A stretch of 64,000 nt of DNA from assembly GCA_963726245.1 (NCBI GenBank), contig CAVSBT010000037.1, positions 128,001-192,000 of the forward strand, given 5' to 3'. This DNA is from an uncultured Chloroflexia bacterium. GTDB lineage: Bacteria > Chloroflexota > Dehalococcoidia > DSTF01 > JALHUB01. Positions 44,534 to 55,169 of the stretch are shown here, in pieces (the first letter of the stretch is position 1; the number at the start of each line of letters is the position of its first letter). A program made the position numbers and the translations under genes. Below the pieces are notes generated by a model, which ran no database searches, was not told where the DNA came from, and was given only the letters and a program-made list of their open reading frames with translations.

Positions 44534-45967
44534 ATGAAGCAGCGCTTCGAAGACATACTGGCGGAGTGCCTGGAGGCGGCCAACACGGGCCGGCTCACCA
44601 TCGATGAGTGCCTGGCCCTCTATCCCCATCTGCGCGACCGCCTGGAGCCGCTTCTACGCTTCGGGCACCAGTTGAGCCAGGCCTCTTTCCCGGAACCCGA
44701 CTCAACGTTCCGCGAAGCCGCGCGTGAGCGCTTCCTCGCCGCTGCCCAGGCCGGTGCCGTGGCCCCACAGCAGCGGCGGAGGCTGCTGCCCGCGCTGCAC
44801 ATGCCCCGCCGCTGGAGCTGGCGCCCGCTGTTCTCCGCTCAAATGGGCCGCCCGGTCGGCTGGCGGAGGGCCGCTCTCACCATGGCTGCGGCGCTGCTCC
44901 TTGGCTGCATCGGCTTCTCATCTTTCGCCGTGGTCAGCGCCGGCGACAGCCTGCCGGGCGACTGGCAGTACCCTGTCAAGCGGCTCACCGAGCGCGCCCG
45001 CCTCACCTTCACCTTCGGCGAGGACGCCCGCCGCGACTACCGCATCAGCCTCGCGGAGGAGCGACTGCACGAGGTACAGGGCCTGGCCTCCCGGCAAGAC
45101 AGAATCAGCGAATCCACCCTCGCGCAGCTCGTGGACGCCACTGAGCCTTTGGTCAAGGCTCTGGAGCCCGACTCCGTCCCCACCGACCAGATCCAGCGCA
45201 TCACAGACCTGACGGCCGAGCAGACCGCCACCCTTGACCGCGTGGGACCGCTGGTCGAGAGCAAGGCGGCCGACGAGCTGGCGGAGGCCAGGGTCGTCTC
45301 CAGCGAGGGCTACGATAAGGCTGTGGTGGCGCTGGCCGCAGCACGCGCTGAGGGGCCTGAGGAAACCCCGGGCCTCACGACTCCAGCAACCGGCACCCCT
45401 TCGGCCGGCGCCGGTACCGCATCACCAACGCCGGGCTCAAGCCCCGGCGCGGCAGCCAGCCCTTCGCCCACGCCGGCCGCCGGCGCCAGCGCTTCCGCCA
45501 CGCCCACGCCGCAGCCCACGCCTGTTCCGGGCGAGGCCACACCCGCGGCGGCTGAGCCCACTCCGCTACCGGGCGAGCCCACGCCCGCAGCGCCGGAGCC
45601 CACCGCGACACCGTCCCCTCCAGAACGGCCCGTGACTTTCCTGCCCGACGACAACACCGCCGGCCTGAAGTGGGACCTGCTCACAATCGGCGCCTTCTCG
45701 ATGAGGGCGCCCGCCGACGGGAGCGCAGATTGGGCGGTGTCCACGCTGAACGGCGCCAGCGGCAATCGGATCCTGGTCGGACACTTCCAGAGCGGCGGCT
45801 TTGACGCCAGCATCACGGTGCAAGTCAACACGGGACAGGCCTCCATCCGCGTGCTCGCCGAAGGCAAGATTCAGGAAGTGAGCGCCGAGGACGTGCGCAC
45901 TCTGGTGCCTGGCCCTGTCGCCGACGTCATCCTCCACGTGTTAGAGTCCATCCACGCCGGATCATAG
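44534..45967 (+). CDS. DUF5667-type membrane protein, probable anti-sigma factor
   Basis: ILAECLE...ECLALYP N-terminus, TM, SLPGDWQYPVKRLTE...AEERLHE, Pro/Thr-rich linker. Confidence 0.8.
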   Translation: MKQRFEDILAECLEAANTGRLTIDECLALYPHLRDRLEPLLRFGHQLSQASFPEPDSTFREAARERFLAAAQAGAVAPQQRRRLLPALHMPRRWSWRPLFSAQMGRPVGWRRAALTMAAALLLGCIGFSSFAVVSAGDSLPGDWQYPVKRLTERARLTFTFGEDARRDYRISLAEERLHEVQGLASRQDRISESTLAQLVDATEPLVKALEPDSVPTDQIQRITDLTAEQTATLDRVGPLVESKAADELAEARVVSSEGYDKAVVALAAARAEGPEETPGLTTPATGTPSAGAGTASPTPGSSPGAAASPSPTPAAGASASATPTPQPTPVPGEATPAAAEPTPLPGEPTPAAPEPTATPSPPERPVTFLPDDNTAGLKWDLLTIGAFSMRAPADGSADWAVSTLNGASGNRILVGHFQSGGFDASITVQVNTGQASIRVLAEGKIQEVSAEDVRTLVPGPVADVILHVLESIHAGS

Positions 45968-46027
45968 GAGATCCCCTTTGGCCGAGGCGCCGCCCGTGAA
46001 GCGGCACAGCACCCATTCGAGAAGGCC

Positions 46028-46543
46028 ATGAGAAGTATTGGGCTTGTCTTGATAGCAGTGGCGGTTGTCCTGTCTGCCGCCGCTTGCGGTGGCGGCGGGG
46101 CAGACACTGGTGGAACGCCTGGCTCCACTGCCTCTCCTGCTCCCACCACCTCTCCCGGCCCAACCGCGACGCCTCGCCGCGCCGCGGGCCCCGCCTCGCT
46201 CTGCCAGCAGTCTCAGCAGCCTCTCCCCTCCTACAACGTCCAGGTCACTGCCCGCTGGAAGGGCAAGGACCGGGTCGTTGTCGACGGAAGCGCCAACCTG
46301 CCCGGTCCGGGCACCGTGAACTACCTGATCTGCCAGGATGGGCAGGTATCCGGCTCCCTGATTTGGGCGCAGAATCCCACCTTCAAGGACGGCAAGATCC
46401 ACGCCGAATCCAAGCTCGTCGAATCCCAGGCTGGGCCGGTTTTCGACCCCAACGCCCACCTCACCGTGGTGCTGTCCGTCCTCGGAGAGATCCAGATGCC
46501 TTACTTCACCGTCAGTGTGCCCGTGGAGGGCAAGCCCGAGTAG
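46028..46543 (+). CDS. hypothetical lipoprotein
   Basis: LSAAAC lipobox, PT linker, beta-rich domain. Confidence 0.65.
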   Translation: MRSIGLVLIAVAVVLSAAACGGGGADTGGTPGSTASPAPTTSPGPTATPRRAAGPASLCQQSQQPLPSYNVQVTARWKGKDRVVVDGSANLPGPGTVNYLICQDGQVSGSLIWAQNPTFKDGKIHAESKLVESQAGPVFDPNAHLTVVLSVLGEIQMPYFTVSVPVEGKPE

Positions 46544-46626
46544 GCGCGTCTTCGGAAACACAAGGGAGAGGGCTTTCAACCCTCTCCCTTTTTCCATCGC
46601 GATGAAGCGGCCGGGCCCGCCGGCCC

Positions 46627-47607
46627 TCAGACGATTGGCCGCACAAAGGCGCCGGGGCCGGTCACACAGACGAAGACCACATCCAGGAAGTTCTTCGTCG
46701 TCAGGTCGCTGGCCTCGGGATAGGCCGGCGAGTAACCGAGCCAGCCAGTGGCCTCAAGCTCCCACAGCGCCTCCAGGTTGCCTGACGGACCCACCGCCCC
46801 GGCAATAGTCCCGATGGGCGTGGCGTCGGCATAGGTAGTGGCCACAGGGTTGCAGCCTGCAGCGAGGTCTACAGCCTCAAATCCCGGCGGCAGCGGCGTG
46901 GGCGTGGCGCCCGGGACCACCGGCGTCGGTCCCGGGCCTCCCGGCGTCGGCGAAGCGGCTGGCGGCGGCGTTGCCGTCGGCCCAGGCGTGACGGGCGTGG
47001 AAGTGGGGCCCGGCCCGACGCCTTCGCAGTCTATGGTGGCGTCGGCCAGGGTGGTAGGGAGGCTGACGCCGCCCGCCCCCAGCGTGATGGTGAATGTCCC
47101 GCCTTGAGGAGAGTCCCCCGAGTTTACCAGGTGCAGCGTAGCCGGGCCTGCGGCCATGCACTGGAAAGTGGCTATCACCGTCTCGCCGGTGGCGTTCGTG
47201 GTGCCCGAAGCACTAGCGGACCCACCCAAGAGCCGGGTACCCACCGGGGTCACCACGGCGTTTGCGGTAGTGCCGCCCAGCCCGGTGTAGTGCCAGCTCT
47301 CGAGTGTCGTGTCGCCGTTGATGTCGTCCGTGGGGATGAACGTCAGGCCCGCGTGGTCCACCACCAGGTTATAGCCTGCCCATGGCGTGCTCGCGTCGGT
47401 AATGTCAAAGCTGACCTGGAAGGGCACGCCCACCGGCTGCGTCGCGGTGGCCTGGATGCCGGGCGCGTTGACGTCGGCGTTTACAGCCATAGCGTTGTCC
47501 GGGGCCGCCACTACCGCCGTTCGGCCGGCTAGAACACCGCCGACGGTCAGCGCTGCAACCAGGACCACCCACAGTCCTCTCTGCACCATGTCAACCCTCT
47601 CTTTCAC
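46627..47607 (-). CDS. secreted cohesin-like domain + PT linker + GCNP-type CTD
   Basis: NAMAVNAD...WAGYNL...FQC...ADATIDC; ends EAVDLAAGCNPV...VRPIV. Confidence 0.78.
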   Translation of the reverse strand: MKERVDMVQRGLWVVLVAALTVGGVLAGRTAVVAAPDNAMAVNADVNAPGIQATATQPVGVPFQVSFDITDASTPWAGYNLVVDHAGLTFIPTDDINGDTTLESWHYTGLGGTTANAVVTPVGTRLLGGSASASGTTNATGETVIATFQCMAAGPATLHLVNSGDSPQGGTFTITLGAGGVSLPTTLADATIDCEGVGPGPTSTPVTPGPTATPPPAASPTPGGPGPTPVVPGATPTPLPPGFEAVDLAAGCNPVATTYADATPIGTIAGAVGPSGNLEALWELEATGWLGYSPAYPEASDLTTKNFLDVVFVCVTGPGAFVRPIV

Positions 47608-47619
47608 ACGGAAGCTCCG

Positions 47620-48249
47620 TCAACCTGCGCAGGTCACCGAAGCGTCCTTGACCTCGGTGGCGATGGTGAAGCCCTGGTACGCCAGCAACGTACTTCCGGA
47701 CACAGTTTCGGACGGCGTTAGCAAGTGGATGGTGCTGGTCCCCTGTCCCACGCAATGGAAGGTGAGCCTGTTAAGCGGCCCCTGGAAACTGGTGTTACCC
47801 TGGACGCGGGCACAGCCTGTGAACATCGTATTCTCCATCACCGTTGGGGTCGCGCAGAGGTTCAGCTCCTCCGGCATCAGATGCACCTGGGAATCATAGG
47901 CCAGCACGGCCGGGTCCCACTGCGCATTGAACTGGTAGCCCTGGTAGCCGGGTCCTGCGTTCAGCACCACGACGTCTACCTCGAACGGGGTCGGGCCCGT
48001 CACCGTCCGGCTAGCCTCGATCCCTCCCCCGGCGACGACGTCCACCCCCATCGCCGCCTCGTAGACCGCCGGTGTCGGAGGGAACGTGGGAGTCCGAATC
48101 ACGGCGGCGCCGGTGCCTTCTGGAACCCCGCCACCGGTTGGCGTCGGCCCAAGTGCCGGCTGCTCCCCACCACCGCACGCCCCCAGCGCGACAGCGAGCA
48201 ACGACAGCCCCGCCAGTGCCCACCAGCCGTTCAAGGTGAGCTTCTTCAC
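47620..48249 (-). CDS. lipoprotein with cohesin-like domain
   Basis: LGAC lipobox; AMGVDV...YQGYQFNAQWDPAVL...LTFHCVGQGTSTIHL...DASVTC. Confidence 0.75.
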   Translation of the reverse strand: MKKLTLNGWWALAGLSLLAVALGACGGGEQPALGPTPTGGGVPEGTGAAVIRTPTFPPTPAVYEAAMGVDVVAGGGIEASRTVTGPTPFEVDVVVLNAGPGYQGYQFNAQWDPAVLAYDSQVHLMPEELNLCATPTVMENTMFTGCARVQGNTSFQGPLNRLTFHCVGQGTSTIHLLTPSETVSGSTLLAYQGFTIATEVKDASVTCAG

Positions 48250-48273
48250 CAGCCATCTCCTCCTTATCAGCGT

Positions 48274-49268
48274 CTACACCAGCGGTCGCACGAAGGTGCC
48301 CGGGGCGTTGACGCACAAGAATACCACGTCCAGGAACCGCGCTGTCGCCAGGTCGCTGGCCTCGGGATACTGAGGAGCGTAGCCTCGCCAGAGGCCTGCG
48401 TCGAACGCCCACATCGCCCCCAGGATGTCCGCCGGCGAGATGGCGGCGGCCAGCGTCTGCACCGTGGTGCCGTCCGGGTAGGTGACTGTGACGGGATTGC
48501 AGACGGCGGCAAGATCCACCGTGTCCGCCTGGTCCGGCGGCGGAGTCGGCGCTGGTGTAGGCGTCGGCCCCGCTGGCACCGGCGTTGCCGTGGGGCCCGC
48601 CGGCACCGGCGTTGCCGTAGGCTCCGCTGGCACGGGCGTCTCCGTGGCCCCCCCTCTACCGTCGGCGTCGGCGTGGCTTCCTGCGCGCACGACGGCGGTG
48701 GCGGCGAGCCGCCGCCTATGGCAATGGAGTCGTTCACCACGTCCGAGGGGATAGCGCCACCGAGAGAGTTCGCGAGGCTCCAGTGGAAGATGCAGAGCGA
48801 GCTGCTGCCGTTGGCCAGGGCCGTGAACTGGATGAATGACAGCGGGCCGGAACCGCTCGGAGGCTGTGGCTGTTCTCCGCTGGTCAGGCATGCGAACCAG
48901 ACCGTGCCGTCCGGGATGGGGACGTCTATTGTGGTGTCGCCGTTCTGGTCGATCCCCGGCGGCTGGCTAAGCACACAGCTCGGCGTCCGCCCGGTGCCGC
49001 CCAGGAACGAGCCATCTGTGACGCTGTCGAGGCGTAGCAGCCCGGGGTCGTAGGAAAGACGCCACTCGTAGGCGCCCAGGTTCGTCACGTCCTGAACGTC
49101 GATCCTGACCACGACGGAATCGCCCACCGACGCCGTGTGGGGCGAGACCACCTGCACCGTGGCCGACTGCCCCAGGGCCGATCCGCCCATCGAGGCGAGG
49201 GCGGCCAGCCCCACGCCAATTGCAGCAGCGATAGACCAGGCTAATGATTTCCGCACCCGCAAACTCAT
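48274..49268 (-). CDS. secreted cohesin-domain protein + PT linker + GCNP-type CTD (frameshift ~48650)
   Basis: VGDSVVVRIDVQDVTNLGAYEWRLSYDPGLL...GSGPLSFIQF; ends DTVDLAAVCNPV...VRPLV. Confidence 0.8.
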
Positions 49269-49502
49269 GCCCCTTCACCTCACGTAAGACTCGGATTCAG
49301 TATCGGCCGTTCTGGGCCCTCACCTTATACTCCTCGTCCCCGGTGAGCAATGGCCCCGGCCGCGAGAGATTGAGGGTCGCTTCCGCCCGCCGGCGCCTGC
49401 CTACCGTCAGACAAGCCCGCCAGCGCCTGCCTGCCGTCAGGCAGGCCTACGGAAGCGAACCACCTCCCGCCCAAAGGTACGCCCGGCCCGCCCGGCTGGA
49501 TT

Positions 49503-49552
49503 TAAGGTCAAGAGGCGGAAGAGGGGCTTCCCTCTCCCGCCTCTTGACCTTA
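49503..49552. terminator. long hairpin downstream of 49593..51350
   Basis: TAAGGTCAAGAGGCGG-AAGAGGG...CCCTCTC-CCGCCTCTTGACCTTA. Confidence 0.6.
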
Positions 49553-49592
49553 GACCAGTGCTTCTGTACGCCCCGCGCGTTCGGGCGGCGCG

Positions 49593-51350
49593 CTAATTCC
49601 TATCCCATATCGACACTATGGCGAACGGCGACAACCGGATGGCCATGAAGCGCCCCGGCCCAGACGGGCAGGTACCAGAGCCGATGACCATGACCCGCCT
49701 GCCCCGGGTGTCCATCACCTGTCCCGCGAGCATGACGCGGTTCCCACGCGAGAACCACACTCCACCCCAGCTAGCCTCGTCGACATGAATGGCCCTCGCC
49801 GAAGTAGAGTCGTCGAACCAGCCCCACTGCACACTGCCGCCGAAGAATCTGTCTATCTTCAGGAAGAGGCCAGTTCGGGAGGAGTTGTTGAACGTGCAGA
49901 CCTGGGGCCCCGGCGTAGGCGTGGCCGTCGGCATCGGCGATGGCGTCGGCGTAGGCGGCTGCACGTTGCTGCAGTTGATCGTGGCGTCGCTCAGGAGCGT
50001 ACCGATGGTGACGCCCCTCGCACCGAGGGTGGTGGTGTACTGCGGAGGATTATCGGCTGAGGTCACGAGGTGCAGGTGGCCGGTGCTGCTCCCCGGGTGG
50101 ATGCACTGGAAAGTGGCGTTCACCACCGCCCCTGTGAGGCTGGTGGTGCCCGATGCCCGCGCGGAGCCGCCAAACAGGGTGTCGGTGAGCGTGTCGCCGT
50201 CGGTGTCATACCCGGTCACCGCACTGTCCAGCGACATGGTCCCCAGCCCCGTGTAGTGCCAGCTCTCGAGGACGCCGTCGGGCGGATCACTGAGGTCGTC
50301 CGTGGGCACGAAGGCCAGGATGCCGGGTTCGAAGTAGACCCGGAGGTTGTAGCCGGCGTAGTTCTGGGTCACCCTCGTGACGTTGAAGCTCACGCCGAAG
50401 GGGCTGTTGCCCGACACGTTGCGCGTGGCGTCGATGGTACCAGTAGAGTCGTCGGCGTCTACCGCCATGGAGTTAGGCGCCGATGGCGTCTCGGTCGGCG
50501 TCGGCGTGTTGGTCTCCGTCGGCGTGTTGGTGGCCGTCGGTGTGCTGGTGCGCGTCGGCGTCTCCGTCGGCGTATTGGTGACCGTGGCTGTGTTGGTTGG
50601 CGTAGGTGTGTTGGTGGGCGTGCCCGTAGGCGCGGGCGTGTTGGTCGGCGTGGGCGTGTTGGTCGCCGTCGGCGTGCTGGTCTCCGTCGGCGTGCTGATG
50701 GGCGTAGGCGTCGGCACGCCCTGGCACGTTATGCTGGCGTCCACCAGGTCGGTGGTGAGGGTGATGCCGCCCGTACCGAGGGTGGTGGTGTACTGCTGAG
50801 GGTCATCGGCTGAGGTCAAGAGGTGCAGCGGGCTGGTCCCGTCGCCCACGCATTGGAAAGTGGCGTCCACGGCCGCCCCCGAGACGTTGGTGAGACCCGA
50901 GTTCCTCGCGGAGCCGCCAAACAGGGTGTCGGTGAGACCGTTGGCAGGGTTGATGTCAAACTGGGTCACCGCACTGTCGAACACCATGAGCCCCAGCCCG
51001 GTGTAGTGCCAGCTCTCGAGGACGCTGTCGGGCGGATCACTGAGGTCGTCCGTGCCCACGAAGACCAGGATGCCGTCGTCGAAGGAGACCTTGAGATTGT
51101 AGCCTTTATAATTGTCGGTGCCGTCCCAGGTGATGCAGGCGCTGACAACGAAGTTGCCGGTTCCGGTGACGGTGTGGGTAGCATCAATGGGGCTGCAGTT
51201 GTCGCCCCCTACGGCGTCCGCGCTCATGAGGTTGTGCGTTAGGACGGCCTCCGTCCCGGAGGGGCGCAAGAGGCTGAAGGCGGCCACGGCCGCCACCGCC
51301 GCCACCAGCGCCAGCATACCAAAGACGACGAGTCCCGTAGGTCTTCTCAT
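49593..51350 (-). CDS. secreted protein with two cohesin-like domains (mini-scaffoldin-like) and a distinct basic C-terminal domain
   Basis: Internal duplication (GYNL...[19 protein letters not shown]...LFGGSAR...ATFQC) separated by a long TPT linker. Confidence 0.78.
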   Translation of the reverse strand: MRRPTGLVVFGMLALVAAVAAVAAFSLLRPSGTEAVLTHNLMSADAVGGDNCSPIDATHTVTGTGNFVVSACITWDGTDNYKGYNLKVSFDDGILVFVGTDDLSDPPDSVLESWHYTGLGLMVFDSAVTQFDINPANGLTDTLFGGSARNSGLTNVSGAAVDATFQCVGDGTSPLHLLTSADDPQQYTTTLGTGGITLTTDLVDASITCQGVPTPTPISTPTETSTPTATNTPTPTNTPAPTGTPTNTPTPTNTATVTNTPTETPTRTSTPTATNTPTETNTPTPTETPSAPNSMAVDADDSTGTIDATRNVSGNSPFGVSFNVTRVTQNYAGYNLRVYFEPGILAFVPTDDLSDPPDGVLESWHYTGLGTMSLDSAVTGYDTDGDTLTDTLFGGSARASGTTSLTGAVVNATFQCIHPGSSTGHLHLVTSADNPPQYTTTLGARGVTIGTLLSDATINCSNVQPPTPTPSPMPTATPTPGPQVCTFNNSSRTGLFLKIDRFFGGSVQWGWFDDSTSARAIHVDEASWGGVWFSRGNRVMLAGQVMDTRGRRVMVIGSGTCPSGPGRFMAIRLSPFAIVSIWDRN

Positions 51351-51635
51351 GGTGTCCCCTCCTCACCCTTTCTTCAGGGCCACAGCAACAACACCTAACA
51401 CCGGCCTTATCCTGGCCTGCTTCCCCTCTCCCTGCTGGCCGCCCGGCGCTACCCTACCCCCTCCCCATACGGGGGAAACACATCAGCACGCACCCCTTGG
51501 GGGTGTGGCCGGGCAAAGCCCTGTGTCCTTATATCACATCTTTGGCGGCAGCGCTACCCCATTTGTGCAACTCGGTAGGGGCTGCGCGTTGCTCCACCCC
51601 CAAGAAGCGCAGACACGCGGCGGAAACTGCCCCAG

Positions 51636-53324
51636 CTATGGAGAGCAGCTAAGGCCGACCTGGGCGAGCACTCCCATCACGTCGCTCATACCAATCACGC
51701 CGTCAGGTGGGCCGGCACACCGGGCGGCTTTGACAGCGGGCTGGGCGAGCGGTCGTAGGCCACGCCGTCGGCGATGGTGTCGCCGTTCTTGTCGCTGTCG
51801 TAGTCGACGCCGTTGCCGTTAGGCGGACCCCCGCTGGATGTCCCCGAGTAGAAGAGGACGGCGAGGACATCTCTCATCTCAACGAGCTTGTCCTTGGCCC
51901 CGTTGGGCGTGGGGTCCACGTTGGCCGGCACGGGCACGTCGTAGAAGTCATACCAAACGTGGGGGTCCAGTGCCAGTTGCAGCTCCCGGCTGTCGCCGCA
52001 GCCGTCGCCGTCGGCGTCCCCGGGGCCGGCTGGCGGCGTGGGCACGGGGGTGAAAGTGTTGGTCGGGGTGGGCGTAATCGTGGCCGTGGCCGTGGGGGTA
52101 GGCGTCCGGGTGGTCGTAGGCGTCCAAGTGGTCGTGGGCGTTGGCGTGGGCTCCGGCAGGCCCATGCACCTGACACCGGCCTGGGCCAGCACCCCCAGCA
52201 CGTCGCTCATATCGACGACACCCTTCGGCGGGCCAGCATCCCAGGGAGGGTTAGGCGGGGGGCTGGCCGAGCGGTCGTAGCGACGGCCCACCCTGTCCCA
52301 GTCGTCCACGACTCCGTCCGGGTACATTGCCTGGTGGACGCTATCAAACCAGTCGCCGTCCTTGAGGCTGTCGTAGGACACGCCGTTACCGTTGGGCGGG
52401 CCGCCCGCCGTGGTGCCGGCGTCGAGGAGCACCGCCAGGACGTCGCTTATGTCCACGGAGTGGTCGCGCGGGCCATTGGGTGCGGGTCCGCGTTGGCTGG
52501 CGCCGGGCACGTCGTAGAAGTCCCAGGGGCTCACGCGGTCGAAGCCCTTCGCCTGCTCCTCGCCATCGCGGCATCCGTCACCGTCGGTATCGATGGGGAG
52601 AGGCGTTGGCGTGAGCGTTGGGGTAGGAGTGCGGGTGGGCGTATGATGGGGGTGGGCGTAGGAGTGTATGTAACCGTGGGAGTGGCGGTGTTCGTGGGTG
52701 TGGGCGTGATTGTAGGTGTTGGCGTGTTTGTGGGAGTCGGCACCGCCTGGCAGGTGACGGAGGCGTCAGCCAGGACCGTATCGATAAGTACCCCATAGCG
52801 GCCCAGAGTGGTTGTGCCCAGCACCGGCTCCTGGACCACTGTTCTCACCATGGAGAGGGCTCGTGCCCTCCCCCACGCAGTGAAGGTTGACGGTGTTGAC
52901 CGGCCCCGTGAAGGTGGTGGTGCCGCTCTGGCCGATGCAGCCCGCAAAGACGGTGCTGATCGTAGTCGTGGGCACCGCGCAGAGAGTGAGGCCCAGAGGG
53001 CGAGAGGTCCGTCTGGCCGTCGTAGGCCAGGATAGCCGGGTCCCACTCCAGGAAATACTGGTAGCCCTGATAAGCCGTACTCGCGGCCGTGACAACAATG
53101 CCTACCCCGAAGGGGGCCCTGGTCCCGGAAACGGTCCTGCCGGTGTCAACGCCGTCGCCCGAGACGGCATCCACCGCCATGGCGTTCGGCGAAGCCGCCA
53201 GCGAAGGCGGGGGTGAACCGATACTCCGCCAGTCCCTGGTCAGGGCCAGGGCGACGGAGGCTACGACCACGAGAACCACGAGGAAGGCCAGGCCTCTCCT
53301 CTTGGCACCCTTTACCATGCGCAC
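51636..53324 (-). CDS. secreted cohesin-like domain + PT linker + two dockerin-like ('flexitail'-like) modules (frameshifts)
   Basis: NAMAVDAV...YQGYQYFLEWDPAIL; two D.DGDGC.D..E...WDFYDVP...D..VDISDVLAVL...PPDG...SDV..VL.Q.G..C modules; true stop at 51636 in alternate frame. Confidence 0.75.
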
Positions 53325-53413
53325 CTTGTCTCACTGGCGGGGCAAACGCCGCTCATGGCGCCTCTACGCCTACGCGGCGATGAGTATTCCTCAAGACATC
53401 CCCCGTGTTCTCG

Positions 53414-54887
53414 CTAGGATCCCGTGCATGAATGGCCTGACTGGGACAGCACCATCAGCACATCGGCCATCGAGATCGCCCCATCGGGAGCGCCCGACGT
53501 GGGCGGGGCCGCCGTGCGGTCGTAGCGACGACCGACCTTGTCTAGACTATTCAGCACTGTGTCCCCGTTCCAGTCCCCGTCCTTTAGGCTGTCATAGGAT
53601 ACGCCGTTGCCGTTGGGCGGCCCGCCGCTAGAGGCGCCGGAGTAGAACAGCACGGCGAGCACATCGCTTATGTCTACGCTCCGGTCCCTGGGGCCGCTGG
53701 GGCTCGGATCCTTGTTGGCAGGCACAGGCACGGAGTAGAAGTCCCAGGGGTTCGTCCAGTCGCGGTTCCCGCCCAGAGTGATGTCGTCGCGGGCCTCCTC
53801 CACGTCGCTACAGCCGTCGCGGTCGCTGTCGCCGGTCGCCAGCCCCAGGCTCTTTATGGTGAGGCTGCCGTCCAACGGCGTGAATGGGATCTGGGTGGGG
53901 ACGGAGTCGGATCTGAGGAGGCACGTCTTCTGATACTCCGGCGCGGAGCAATCGTTTAACAGCACCAGGGCTGTGGAGCCCGCCGCTACGGGGCCGAAGG
54001 TCACCGTCGCCAGTATTCCGGTCCCCGTCGGGCCCAGATGTGTAGAGCCCAAGGTCAGGCACTCGAAGTTCACGGTCCCGCTTCCGTAGACCGCTGCCAG
54101 GCAGCTCAGGCTGCGGCCGGTGCTTCCCAGGAAGCCGCCGTCCTGAATGCCCAGCGGCGTTACCACGGCCGGGTCATAGGACACCGTCACTTCATAGGCC
54201 CCGAGCTCATCCCCGCTCTGCAGCCCCACCACCACCACATTGATCCGAGTGGTATTGACGCCGAACGCGTGGTCGATGTTGGGGGAGGTGGCAGCCCAGG
54301 TGCCGGCGCCGGAGTCGTACACGCTGGCGGCGCCGTCGGCATAGCCGGGGCTGGACTGGTCGGCGCCCCAGACGTAGTAGCTGTAATCGAGCGCCCCCGA
54401 ATCTCTTGACCACCAGGTGGTACTGGGTGCCGCCCGTCAGTTGGGGCGGCGTCGTGAAGGTGAAGGTGATGAACCTGAAATCGTTGGAGCTGAGACTGCT
54501 CGCGGCCACCGTGTTGCTGGTGCCGTTGGCCACCAGTGTACCGGGAACGCCGCCCGAGTCGGTCCGGATCTCCACCGTCAGGTTGTCGGTAGGCACCCCG
54601 ACCTTCTTGAGCCACAAGCTGGCCCGGACAGCCCTGGTGCTGGCCGGGAGCTTGAAGCCCTGTGCCCGCCGGGCGCTGGCTGCCGTGTCGCCCACGTTTA
54701 GGTTGAAGACGTCTACGTTGTTGGCGCCGTAGTAGGCGGCTTCCGAAGGCGCCACCTTGGGCGACGGGTCAAACTTGATGTTATAGACGTTCGCCGCCAG
54801 GGCTGGCGTATCGGAGCCCACAACCAGCGCCGCCGCCAGGACAGCGACAAAGAAGCTACCGCGACTGAACCAAGCTACCCAGCGCAA
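53414..54887 (-). CDS. secreted protein: choice-of-anchor-R-like domain + cohesin + dockerin/flexitail-like module (frameshift ~54390)
   Basis: AQGFKL...LWLKKVG.PTDNLTVEIRTDSGGVPG; LGAYEVTVSYDPAVV; GDSDRDGCSDVEE...NPWDFYSVP...GHSC. Confidence 0.75.
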
Positions 54888-55169
54888 CTTTCTGCCCCCA
54901 AGTTAAAGATCGGCTTCCACTGCCACTTATAGAACGTACATGGCGGCCCAGAGGTTTCATCACCGTCCTGGGCCAGCCCGCACCCGGTGGGGACCCCGGG
55001 CATCCTGCCTCCAGGGGGGCTTCGCGGCGGCCCCCACCAGACCTTGGCCTGCCATCTCCCGTAGGTCTAGAGGGGGGAGCACCCCGGGCTCCCGGGGGGC
55101 TCCCCCCTCGCTATCGGCTTCCGGCCGGATCCTGACCTCCCGATTCAGTACCTGAGAACCCCCTTAGGT

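Noticed and set aside
26816-48525. Repeated CTDs as DGR variable regions or shufflon cassettes
   Set aside because: No reverse transcriptase or recombinase in the window; differences are not adenine-specific, and each copy belongs to its own gene.
50470-50720. Tandem short repeats as a CRISPR array or VNTR
   Set aside because: They encode Pro/Thr linkers (TNTPTP) in frame; there is no repeat-spacer structure and no cas genes.
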